Both the position numbers and the translations under genes were made by a program. From Diploschistes diacapsis (Eukaryota), in contig JALAIB010000003.1 in assembly GCA_023645945.1 (NCBI GenBank), positions 1 through 62,509 of the forward strand: a DNA stretch of 62,509 bases, in the 5' to 3' direction. Numbering within the stretch: position 1 is the first letter of the stretch; every line of letters starts with the position of its first letter. The notes under the pieces were generated by a model. It was not told the DNA's origin, made no database searches, and saw only the letters and a list, made by a program, of their open reading frames with translations. Positions 24,451 through 37,141 of the stretch are shown in pieces.

Positions 24451-24510
24451 TAATAGCTTCCCCATGCTGCTAATAGCTTCCCATGCTGCTAATAGCTTCC
24501 CATGCTGCTA
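24451..24510. repeat. Three tandem copies of a 19-20 bp unit (TAATAGCTTCCCATGCTGC)
   Basis: Seen directly at 24451-24470, 24471-24489 and 24490-24508. Confidence 0.9.
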
Positions 24511-24901
24511 GAACAATAACTTTTAGACGCTCATTAAACCTTTTTCTTTCTTTCGATAAATTCATCTCCGAAGTGCACCTGAAGTCCATTCTTTCAGAAT
24601 ACGCCAAACAGTCTCTAATGTGTTGGACGGTTTATCCGGCTACCCCCCTTTTCCGGCCGTCTTATATTACAATTTTTATTATACATTCGATTGTTATCGA
24701 TAATGATTGTTTCGCATTAACATACATCGTTATTAATAGAATCAATTTTTAACTAAACAAAAACCGATAAAATACGCCCTTCCGCCTTCACACTATTATT
24801 AAGCTTAACAGTATCCTATCGGTTAATGACTCGAATGAGCTTAGCGCCAGAAGCTAACCCAAAATGGCTAGCTAGTTAGAGCTTACTGGTCTGAAGAAAC
24901 G

Positions 24902-25140
24902 CGTTTGACTCAGGAGCAACTACCTGCTCCGCTCAAATATTAAATGAGCTTTGTGGCAATAATGTATTATACAATCTGAATCTCATTTTTTTTAATATAT
25001 TTTAGAGTTCATTTTCAGAGCTTAATGTGTCGTCTCAGGAAATGCACATACAACACGTGTACGCAAAATAATTATCAGCCCTACAGTATTTATATGGAGC
25101 TCGTGAGTGAGCGGAGCAGGTAGTGCTCCTGAGTCAAACG
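24902..25140. mobile_element. MITE-like non-autonomous DNA element (239 bp) with 33/34-bp terminal inverted repeats
   Basis: The left arm CGTTTGACTCAGGAGCAACTACCTGCTCCGCTCA (24902-24935) is the reverse complement of the right arm TGAGCGGAGCAGGTAGT-GCTCCTGAGTCAAACG (25108-25140), apart from one indel. The interior is AT-rich and non-coding; no clear TSD. Confidence 0.7.
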
Positions 25141-25159
25141 TGAGGTTGGACCCCACCCA

Positions 25160-25196
25160 TATATAGTGCCCCTCTCTCATACTGCCCCTCTCTCAA
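25160..25196 (+). promoter_or_regulatory. Putative enolase core promoter (TATATA plus duplicated CT-rich box)
   Basis: TATATA at 25160-25165 is followed by two copies of TGCCCCTCTCTCA, upstream of the 5'-UTR intron and ATG. Confidence 0.5.
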
Positions 25197-25299
25197 CAAG
25201 TTCCAGTTTTCAGTCAAAATATTCATTTGATTTGAATATCCGATCCCATCAAGTTTCTAGAGATTCGAAAGTAAGCGTCCAACTTGATAATTCTACTAG

Positions 25300-26926
<1,627 letters not shown>

Positions 26927-27950
26927 AATTGCGAGCTTATGTCGGTTTTGCAGTAGGCTGTTTCGATCAGTTTTAGGGAGCAAGCCTCCGCTGCACTAGA
27001 CAACAAGATGATGATGGAGCTTTCTCAGACATTGGCCCCCAAAGAGATTTTGAAGCTTTGAGTTTGTAGCAAGCGGCGCTTGTTAACGTTAGAGACACGG
27101 GCGAAGACCTTGCTCAACCGTACGATCCGATGCTGCCATGACCGTCCCATGCCTATACTTAAGCCTATTGATTCTTAAAGGGCCTTTCAGTACAGGTTTA
27201 ATTGTATGGAAACTGAAAACTTAAGTATGGCTTTCCAGTTTTACCTTGCATTTTTAAATCTGTTAATAGTCAAGCTATAGATAGGATATAGCAAGTGTTC
27301 GGGAAACGCAGTAAGTAATTTTTCCCGTTATTCTGGACCGAAATAAACGCTATTACGTAAGTAAAATACCGGAGCTTGACACCTCCCATCTGTCTGAAAA
27401 TTTATTGTCTTTCTACTATATTTTATATATCTGACATCAAGCATATTAAAATTCATGATTATTGGATTCAATAATAGTACTGGTTCGTATGGTGATATTT
27501 TATTTTGAGGGAATATAGGTGTGGAGAAACTTATTATCAATAATACTCCAAGGATCCGCGAAAAGGGGCGCAGAGGTTAATGGTAAAATTTATATTTATT
27601 TCTGTCACAATAACTGCTCTGAATGTTTCGGGTATAAAACCTCTTACTGGTGGCTGCTGGGTATCGCCAGACCCCAGACCCCGCTGGCATCTCCTACGTT
27701 CTTTAAATAGTATAGAATTACTTATTATAGTTATCGATACTTGATGTTAGGCACAGTGGTACCAACTTTAACCCGCCAATTATTTGTCTGACCTGACACA
27801 AAACCCTGACACTTTCTTTTTTTAATACCTTGACTTCGTCTGCTTCGATTCTTCATCCCCAAATCCAGCTTTCTCAAGTTCTACCCGCAGTAGTCTGCTT
27901 CTCTAGACTCGATTATCTGCTAGCTGGGGATTTAAAACCTGTTGATCAAC

Positions 27951-28934
27951 ATGCCGCCCAAGAAGTGGGGTAAGCAGGAGATTCCGTTACACCATGAACT
28001 TCCATTATTGCAAATATTCTAACAACCCCTAACAGAGAATGAGGAAGATAGCACACCGCCCTCTTCACCACCACAGCCAGCGATTGCGCGTCGATCAAAG
28101 TTTGATGACGAAGATGACAGTGATGTAGGTGATGGTGGTTTCGATGGTTCCTTGACATCTAACGGATCAATTTAGGTTGTAGACGATTGGGATGCGGCTG
28201 AAGATTCTGAAGCTGAAGCAGAAAAGGCCAAAAAAGCTGCTGAGGCTAAGGCGAAGGCCGATAGAGATGCTGCCGCGAACAAGAAGTCGAAGGCACAAAG
28301 GATAGAAGAGCGGCGAGAGGCAAACCTACGCCGAAAGCTCGAGGAAGAAGATGAAGAGGAATCTAGTGACGAAGAAGAAGCAACAAAGCGCGAACGACTG
28401 CGTCGAAACGAGCAAGAGGCAGACCTAAAGCATGCAGAAGATTTGTTTGGCAATATCGGGATCAAAGACCGCAGTGCACCGAAAGCCCTGGTGAGCACGG
28501 ATGCTTCGGACCCAAGCAAGGCAATTGACTTGTCCACACTTCCTCTCTTTAACCCAACGACCAAGGACCAATTTCTTCGTCTCCGTGAAACCGTTGGTCC
28601 ACTTATTGCCAACAACTCCAAGAAGGCTCAGTATAGTTTGTTCATGCAAGAATTTACGAAGCAAATTGTGAAGGATCTTCCAAGTGACCAGATCAAAAAG
28701 ATCGCCAGCGGTCTAACTACCCTTTCGAATGAAAAGATGAAAGAGGAAAAGGCAGCAGAGAAGGGCGGAAAGAAGAGCAAAGCTGCCAAGTCCAAGTCTG
28801 CATTAGTAGCAAGCAGAGACGTTTCTACACGCGCAGACTTGACCGCGTATGATGCCGATGGCCTAGATGAGTAAGACTGTACATGTCTCCAGAAGGATGT
28901 AAAACTGACAAAGTATAGTGGCGAATTTATGTGA
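27951..28934 (+). CDS. HCR1: Translation initiation factor eIF3 subunit J
   Basis: MPPKKWE..KFDDEDDSDVVDDWDAAEDSE..DLKHAEDLFG..IKKIASGLTTLSNEKMKEEK..DDGEFM; 3 introns. Confidence 0.92.
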
Positions 28935-29787
28935 AGGTTTCATTCTCTGCAGATATGCATTCGATACAACGTCAATTATCTATCCACCGAGCATGGGCCA
29001 AGCCTATCCAACTTACATACTTTGTGACTTCATAGCCACCCACCTTATCGAGCAACTGGCAGATACATTGTCTTTAGCATCACGCGCAAGCCCTTGGCCT
29101 CGCTGGCTGCACGCAGCTTTCCAAGAGCGCAAGGCATGTCGGCTAGTCCTCTTCTGCGACTGCGTTGTCAGTTAAGGAACTCACCTCTTTGGGAATCTCT
29201 TCGCCTGGAACCGGGTTGTCTATTTTCTGCCTGATTATGGTCGATCTGTTGGGCAAGGCGAAGTGGTACTAGGGAATGATCGGGATGTCTGCAATTGTTG
29301 AAGAAGATTCAACTCACATATCCATTGAGATCACGGCGTATTCCGAAGTACTTTGAATATTTTTCTGCCTCGAAATAGCATTTAAACTGAAATGGATTTT
29401 GCACAACTTATTTTCAACATGTTAGCTGGAGATCGCTTGAGCCAAACTGTAGCTGAATATTTAAGGCCAGGGTAATTTATTGGGAGAGTTCTGCTGGCAT
29501 CCATCCTGATGATGCAGTAGCAGCAGGATGTCTTTTTATGTCAGGTTCCCAAAAGTTTTTGCGACGGGCTGTTTCGAGGCCAATTGCGCTAACTTTTGGA
29601 AACCTGTGTGGCATGTTAAGCGTAGCAGCAGGTAGCTCTACTAGTTAGTCCAATTACCCTCCAGTAGAGGCACCTTGCGCAAAATCATGTCTTGGCCTTT
29701 GCGGTCCAATCCTTTTCTTGATGGCCTCACTGTTTCCTTGATCGTCACGATAGTTCTGCCGCAAGGACGCGAGCCTGTCTCGAACCT

Positions 29788-32448
29788 ATGCAGACAAACC
29801 GTTCTAGAGCCGAGTTGCGGGTGCAAAAGAACAAGGTCAGTTATTCTCCTAAATGATCAGTATGCTTGCGATACTTGTTGTATGACGCAGCTGACCCGAC
29901 AATTTCCAGCTTGCGAATTCCTATAATGAATTATTGGAGTAAGGCGCAAGGCATGCTCCCTCAAGAATCAGCTGACGGTTCTTTTATAGAGAGTTCTCGT
30001 CGAAAGAGCTGCGCTCGGTCGGCAACTACACTCTTGGGAGGCTTATAGGAAAAGGATCCTTTGGCAAAGTCTATCTTGCTACACATAAACTTACCAACGG
30101 CTCCAAGGCGAGTGAAACTTCAGCAAACCGAACTTGTCAGTCTGATCTCTGGCCTCAGGTTGTTCTCAAATCCGCGAACAAAGGCGATGCAAACCTAGCC
30201 CGCGAAATCCACCATCATCGTCAATTCCTCCATCCTCACATTGCGAGGTTACACGAAGTCATTGTCACCGAAAGCCTGGTTTGGCTCGTGTTGGAGTATT
30301 GCCCTGGTAAAAGCGCTGAATTCAGATCACTTCACAAGGCTGATCTGTGCGTAGGCGATGAGCTATATAACTATCTATTCCGCCGTGGGCCGCTGCCCGT
30401 CGATCAAGTTCAAAAGATCTTCACTCAACTCGTTGGAGCCGTTTCCTATGTCCACAATCTATCATGTGTTCATCGAGATCTCAAGCTGGAAAATATTATG
30501 CTTGACAAGCATGAAAACGTGAAGCTTTGCGATTTTGGATTCACACGGGAGTATGAGGGCAAAACAAGTCACCTGCAAACTTTCTGCGGAACCATCTGTT
30601 ACGCTGCACCCGAAATGCTGAAAGGAGAGAAATATGCGGGTGAGAAAGTTGATGTGTGGAGTCTAGGAATCATTCTATATGCGCTTTTGGCTGGTGAATT
30701 GCCGTTCGATGATGAGGACGACATTGTCACCAAGCATAGAATCCTCACGACAGAGCCCCAATATCCCGACAGGTTTCCTACAGAGGCCAAGACACTTCTC
30801 GCTAAACTTCTGTCCAAGAGACCTTTAATTCGACCTAGCATGGCCGATGTGTTGACAGACCCTTTCCTCGCAACTTACGCACCCGGCCAACAAGCCATTC
30901 TCAAAATCAGTCGACCAGCACCATTTGCTACAGACCTCGAGAAAATTACCTTGGAGCGCATGCGGAGCGCCGGCGTTGACATCGATAAGGTCATTGAGCA
31001 CGTCCTCGCTCAACGCTGTGACGCACTTGCTGGATGGTGGTCACTCTTGATTGAGAAAGAGGAAAGGAAAGAGCAGCGCAAAGAGCGCAAAAGGAGGGAG
31101 CGCGAACAGGAAGTTAAGAGCCTGCGCCGAATCAGTGTCGCGAGTAATCGTAGGGCTTCGACTCTGCATGACGTTGACGAAGAGGAGACGGAACGGGCTG
31201 TGCTAAGAGGCCGTCGGGAAAGACGGAGTATACCCAGCCGTATGTTAACCCTCCTTCTAGAGTGCTGGCATTGGTTAAACGGTGAAAGCACAAATAAACC
31301 TCTCGGATCTTCCGCGCTTACCAGAGGGTGCTTCTGTCGAGTCTCCAATATCTGAAACGCCCCCTCCACCAATAGAAAAAGACTCGGTCCGCTCTGTCAG
31401 CTCCTCCAGGCATCGACCTCTTCCTCCACCTAAGGAGAGAGAGAGACGAAAGTCCCGTGGTAGCACCCTTCAACCAATTACTGCCAATTCGGACTTGCTT
31501 GCACCACAAGGCGGAGTCGCAAAGCGCCGGAGCAATAGGCGACATCCCAACGCCATAATGAACCAACTGGCAACCCTAAAGCACTGGTTTGTGGAGTCTG
31601 CAAAGCGCGCAAAGTCACCAGGCCTCAAGACCGAAGCACTAGCTGTCGGAACTCCTCAAAGCAAGTCACCTGGCGAACCTCGCCTCTCTCCCGGGCATGA
31701 CTCTTCGAAAGTGCCTCCTGGCAGTTCCTTGGTGATGAGCCCACAGCCCAAGAGTGGAGTGCATGTTCCACGCTCTCGTTATACCAATCCGCGCAATTCA
31801 CTATCACCTGCACCTCTGACGCCCCATTCGTCGACATATCGACGCCCTTCGGCCGGCCTTCGGGGACGAAAGTCGACTTCTTCCTCAGTTTCGTCGATTC
31901 GAAGTATGCACCATGCTCATGCACACTCCAAAACCTCCTCAACTTCTTCTACCTCAAATTCCGTAATCTCATCAGCCATTAGCAAACCTCTGCCAACAGC
32001 GCGCTCGCCACATAGTTCCGTTAAAGTACTTCCCGCGACACCTACAACTTCAGCATTCCCTTCAAATATTCGCCTCGTACGCACGACACCGCCTCCGTTG
32101 AGCCTCCCAACTACCTTCGATGAGCGCGCCTTTGGCGGGGCAATGCCATCACCGGGACTGGTATTTGCGAGGCGAAAGAAGACCCCTTTTAGAGGACCAA
32201 CGCTTCATATAAATTCTAACTTGAACAGCGGCGTTCGCAGCAGGGAGCAAAGCGTGGGCAGTCGGAGCACTAGCCTACCACGCCCAAGTGGCGGGACCAC
32301 TATTGCCGAGGAGGATGAGGAAGAAATCGAAGAAGTCGAAGTATTTAGCCCCATCGGACCAAACGATGTCGAAGAAAGAATTGAAGAAGCAACTCCGGAC
32401 GAACCGCTGGAAGAAGCGAAGAAACCTCCCGATGATTCTAATAGCTAG
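29788..32448 (+). CDS. Ser/Thr protein kinase (CAMK-like, Ppk16-type) with long S/P/R-rich tail
   Basis: NYTLGRLIGKGSFGKVY, VVLKS, HRDLKLEN, CDFG, YAAPE, DVWSLG. The N-terminal exons give MQTNRSRAELRVQKNK|LANSYNELLEEFSSKEL. Five introns, including a GC-AG intron at 30108-30158. Confidence 0.88.
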
Positions 32449-33028
32449 GGTAGGGCAGGATTGGAACCGTCGATTAGCAATCTGAGAGCCAGCTTTGACC
32501 TGCCTGGGGATAGACCACCCTCTGCCGGGCTTTAATACGTTTTACAACTTCGCTTTGTTCCTATAATAAACACGGAACTCTTATCGTGATGCCACAAGCT
32601 ACATACAGAGGTCAGCTCCCTGGTAGGCTGCTTTGGGGGAGTGCATTTAAGCATTCACAGCATATATGCCCAAGCAAGCGTACTTTTTAAGGGTTTCAGA
32701 GATTATTCTGGTGTTGCACAATATGCCTGCCCAGAACCAGGCTCCTGTTCCATACCATGATTGGTAATTATCTGCCATAACGAAGCAGAAGCACATCTCT
32801 GCAGGTGCCTCAGTTCCATTTAGGTTAGCCTTAGGGGTTAAGTTCCTTCGGGGTCAGTAGATAGCTGACATAATAATTCATAAACGGAAAAGCATATTCT
32901 AGATAGTAATTACGGGTTCACTTCTGCTACCATGACATGAATGAAGGATGCTTATCCTCCCTTCTTCTTGGCTCCAACAGAGGTATCATTCATCGTTCCT
33001 GTTCGATGTCAACAGTGTTGACTAGGCT

Positions 33029-34091
33029 ATGGCCTCGCTTTCACGAGCCACTGCGGTGACGGCTGCCGGCTCTCACACTTACAAAGCGCATTTCCCCGAA
33101 GAATGGGCAATCGGTACAGGTGAAACATATCCGGATATAAAGCAAAACGATCGGAAGTGCCTAATTCAATCCTCTCATAGTTCCCAACGGAGGCTACGTC
33201 TCCTCGTGCTTCCTCTCTGTAGCAAAAGCACATTTTGGTTCGACCTTGAGTTCATACAATCAACCAGACACCTTTGTTCTCCATCTGGAATTTCTTCGCC
33301 GTACGTCAGTAGGTGAGGCACTATTCAAGGTACTACTGTCCAATAGATTCAGCATGCTCCATTGGTTCTAAGAAATGAAAACCTAGGTGCGCGATCTTAA
33401 ACTGGGTAGGCGGACTTCTACGATCCAGGTCGCGCTTTTCCAAGACTCGAACACGGAAGAAGTTGTCGGCTATCTGACAAACACCGATCTCGGCTCGGAA
33501 TCTGGACTATCACTCAACACTAGCTGGTCTATGTATCCGCCAGGGCCCCCGCCCGTAGACCTCACAAAGCTTCCGGGCGACTCGGATACGAATTGGCGGC
33601 TCGTTACAAGACTCCCCTTTGCAGACTTTCGTAAAGCCACGAAGAACGTCGACATTTTTCTCCCACGGGTCAAGCCCCCCAAGGTCGCCATCGTGGACGA
33701 GATCCTTCGCCTCAAGAACGGGGAACGTTTCCACCTGGAGTCGCTTGGTTTCGTGAACGACACATTCCCGCAGCTGGTTGAGACGCTCGACTCGGAGCAT
33801 GACCAGGTCCCGCTCGGCAAGAATTGGTACCCGACGCTCGTTTTGAATCTCGATGTCAAGAAATCTCTTCCGCCAGAGGGCGTCGAGTTCCTCTTCGTTC
33901 GTGTGCAGGCGATCGGCGTTCGGAATGGGCGGATGGATCTACAGATCACGATCCGGGATGCAGGGGGGGATTTGGTAGCATTAGGACACCATGTTTCTCT
34001 GATTTTGGATGCATCGCGAAACCTAGCCGAGCGCAGAACTTCCGGGCGAAACAATGCGGGAGAAGACCACAAGACTAAGAGCAAATTATAG
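33029..34091 (+). CDS. Thioesterase-like (double hot-dog) family protein with C-terminal PTS1 (-SKL)
   Basis: WAIGTVPNGGY, HLEFLRRTSVG, RDLKLGRRTSTI, WYPTLVLNLDVKK, NGRMD; 2 introns; ends KSKL*. Confidence 0.82.
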
Positions 34092-34428
34092 AGCTTGATT
34101 GTGTATGATTAGTGGCTGCTCATACAATTATAGATGATAGACAAATTCTCACGAGATCGGGGTCTTCATGATGAATGTGATGGCCTAAAACGCGCCGAGC
34201 TGTTGATGCTGGGAAGAGACCTCGACCATGGGGCACCCACGACTCCGAAGATTGAACTACTCATTCCAGTGGAAAGCATCTTTTGGCGGACACTAAGAGG
34301 TTGCAAGCAACAGGGCTTCAGTTCAGGCTTCATCATGCGCCTAGCACGCAAAAGAGGCATTTGCTTCGCTATCGACGGGCCTACTACAAACGAGGCAGTG
34401 TCCGCCGAGAACTGCCTAAGAAGTTCGA

Positions 34429-36471
34429 CTAGAAGTCGATAACGGCGTTAAGACCCGTGTGACTTCCTTCTTGTACGATTGAATCTTGGGCGGTAGGAAC
34501 GCCAATCAACGCGACGCCCGGGGGAACGATGACGTCCCTGACATCAAAACAGCCAAACGCTGCAACCTTTCTGACGGCAGGACATGATTTGAAGATACCT
34601 GCAACGACGGTGGTATCGACCCGCGAAACAAAGGAAATGTCGATATCAGCCAACGCAGGATACTGCATTTTGCCGTCGAACACTTGACGCAGCGTTTCAC
34701 GAGAAATGTGCCTGCAGGAACTGATATCAAGTCGCTCGAGCCGGGAACCGGAATGCTTCATAAGCGCGAAGAACCCGCCTGAGGCCAAACCTACTGCGGC
34801 TTCCGGCCCATCGGGAGCGCTGTTATCAATATCTCGAGTACTGGAAAAAGCTGCTGCAGTGAGTGGAGGATTTTCCCATTGACTGAATAAAGCAACGAAG
34901 CCTGCATCAGTGCAGCGATCATTATTTGTGATTACCAGCTTGGTGAGCTTGGCGCAGCTCTGACGGATGGCTTCAAGCAGACCGTCATCCGCATCCTGAA
35001 ATCGACGGAGCGAAAGTTTGCGAAGCCCTTTGCCGAGTGATAGGACCATGTCCGTCAATTTTGCGCCCGTTGTTGGCGTCATGAAGGTTAGGGAGATGCT
35101 CTCAAGGTTCCTCATCTGCGAAAAAAGTTCCAGAGCATCATCTCCAAGGTGAAAGCATCGTTTCATTTTCAGATGCTTCAAGTTTGGACAGCCTGTGACC
35201 ATATGTCGGACAGTCTCGTTGTCGAAAGCATAGTCGAGCCACGAGAGTTCTAAACATTCTAGTTTATTTCCAATGGTGTCGAAGAGCTCTCTCCATTTTG
35301 CGTCAGAAACCAGGTTGGCAGCATCGAGTCTGAGGTTGCGAATTGGCACCTTTCTCACCATCATGTAGTCGAATACGGAGTCCTTGAATTGACCAGCGTA
35401 GCGGAGGTCGAGCCGTTGAACGTTTGGCACAATCGAGAATATCCTGATGTAATCCTCCGTTTCTAGTCCTGTGACACGAGTTCAGACGCATGCGAATAAT
35501 GAAGATGCATCACTTACTTCCACAATCGTAAATGGCAATAGCGTCAACGTCTGGCCGTAGGAACAGATCCAGGGTTCTGGACGTGAGTACGCGTCTCTTC
35601 GATAGGATTTTGCTGAGCCTGTTCAACAACGCCGGCGGAAGATCGCCGAACTCCTCAACGTCTTTGATGCTATCAGCGACTCTCTGTAAAGGCATTAGTA
35701 AGACGCAGCCTCTGCTGGCCAGCATGATAGCTTGCAACACACCTCAATGCAGTGCTCGAGTAAAGATTTTGCGCCACGGTTGACAAGTCCGTCCAACAGA
35801 TTGCTTTGGACTTTGCGGCGCTTTTCGCGAACGGTCGGACCCTTCTTTGCCTTGGCCTCTTTCTTCCTCTCTTCCTCTTGGGCTTTGGAGCATTTAGTGC
35901 ACAGCAAGCCCCCATCCGGGCCGGTCTTGCTATAGGGAGTTACCGTAAATCGCTTCTCGCAAATCTCACAGTTTTCGAGTTGACCGGGCAAGGGTTTAGA
36001 CTTGGCGTAAATATCGAAAGCTATCTCGTCGTCGTCATCTTCCCCAGGCTCCCCAGCCAATTGCAGCTTCCTGCTCTGATACCTTTTGGATTTTTTGATC
36101 TTGGCAATAGCTGCGTCCTCCTTGCGCTTCCTTTTTTTCTTTTGTTCAGTTGTTTCTTCGCGGGCCTGAGTTTCAGCGGCCACTTCCTCGACCTGATCGG
36201 CTGTCGTAACGTCCCCATCGGCCTCAGCTTGTTGCTCCGCATCTCGCCTTCGTCTCTCGTAGTCATCCCGGATTTGCGCTGCTGATATGTTGTTGGAGGC
36301 CAGAAAGTCTGTCAGAGCCGACTGCCTGGAGGTTGTGGTTAGCAATAAAGTCCAACAGGTGCAAAAGGAGATGCCTACGGTCCCCGAATGGCATTGCCAC
36401 CTCTGCGTCGGGCAGACCTGGAGAACGGATTAGCCAGGATAAAGAGGCTTCCAACAAGGTATCACCTGCAT
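34429..36471 (-). CDS. RAD7: Nucleotide excision repair protein Rad7 (LRR)
   Basis: IRGPQSALTDFLASNNISAAQI, PGQLENCEICEKRFTVTPY, VEEFGDLP..LSKILSKRR, leucine-rich repeats; 4 introns. Confidence 0.9.
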
Positions 36472-37141
36472 TTTGGTAAATGCGATGCGAATGAAGTGAA
36501 GTGAACCGACGAGTGATATGGCCGACTGTATTGTTTCCTTGATAATGTAGGTAGGTAGTGAAGACAAGTGAAAGGGAAGTGAGCACACGTAGGATGTGAG
36601 GGTGATCTGTGAATTGTCTCTATGGTAGAGGTTACCGATGATCTGAATGTAAGCTGTAGAATGCGAATTAAGCACGTCCAAGTCGCGTTGGCGCAAAACG
36701 GTCGCCTAATATACACGCTGACACGCTGATACGCTGACACGTACAATAAAGAGCAATAAAGAGCGAAAGGGGCGCCTGGGCGTGTAAGCCAAAGGGTTAT
36801 TTTAAAATCCTTTTAGTAAAATTACGTGTTCGACTTTGGATCTGGAAAGAACAAATTTAGTTTATCGCAGCATTGGTTCCAGGCAAAGTACATAGTAACA
36901 ACTGCTACTCGGTGGCAGGAAGCCAAGTACCTAGTGCAGGACTTCATCACCCCATCCAAAGCTCAACTTTTCACGCAATCTCTCTTCCCTGGGACATGTG
37001 ATAGTTGGAATACAGTTCCAGTATTGAAACATTCACCTGTCTCTCACCCTTCTTCCTCATACCAGGAAATTTCATATTCTGCCTACGGGCGAAGTTTCGA
37101 AGCCTCGGTGGCAAATCCTCGGATGCTCGGTAATCGACAAA

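Noticed and set aside
32819..32842. Telomere-like TTAGG/TTAGGGG words, considered as an interstitial telomere or telomerase RNA template
   Set aside because: Only three degenerate units, with no exact TTAGGGTTA/TAACCCTAA template and no supporting structure.
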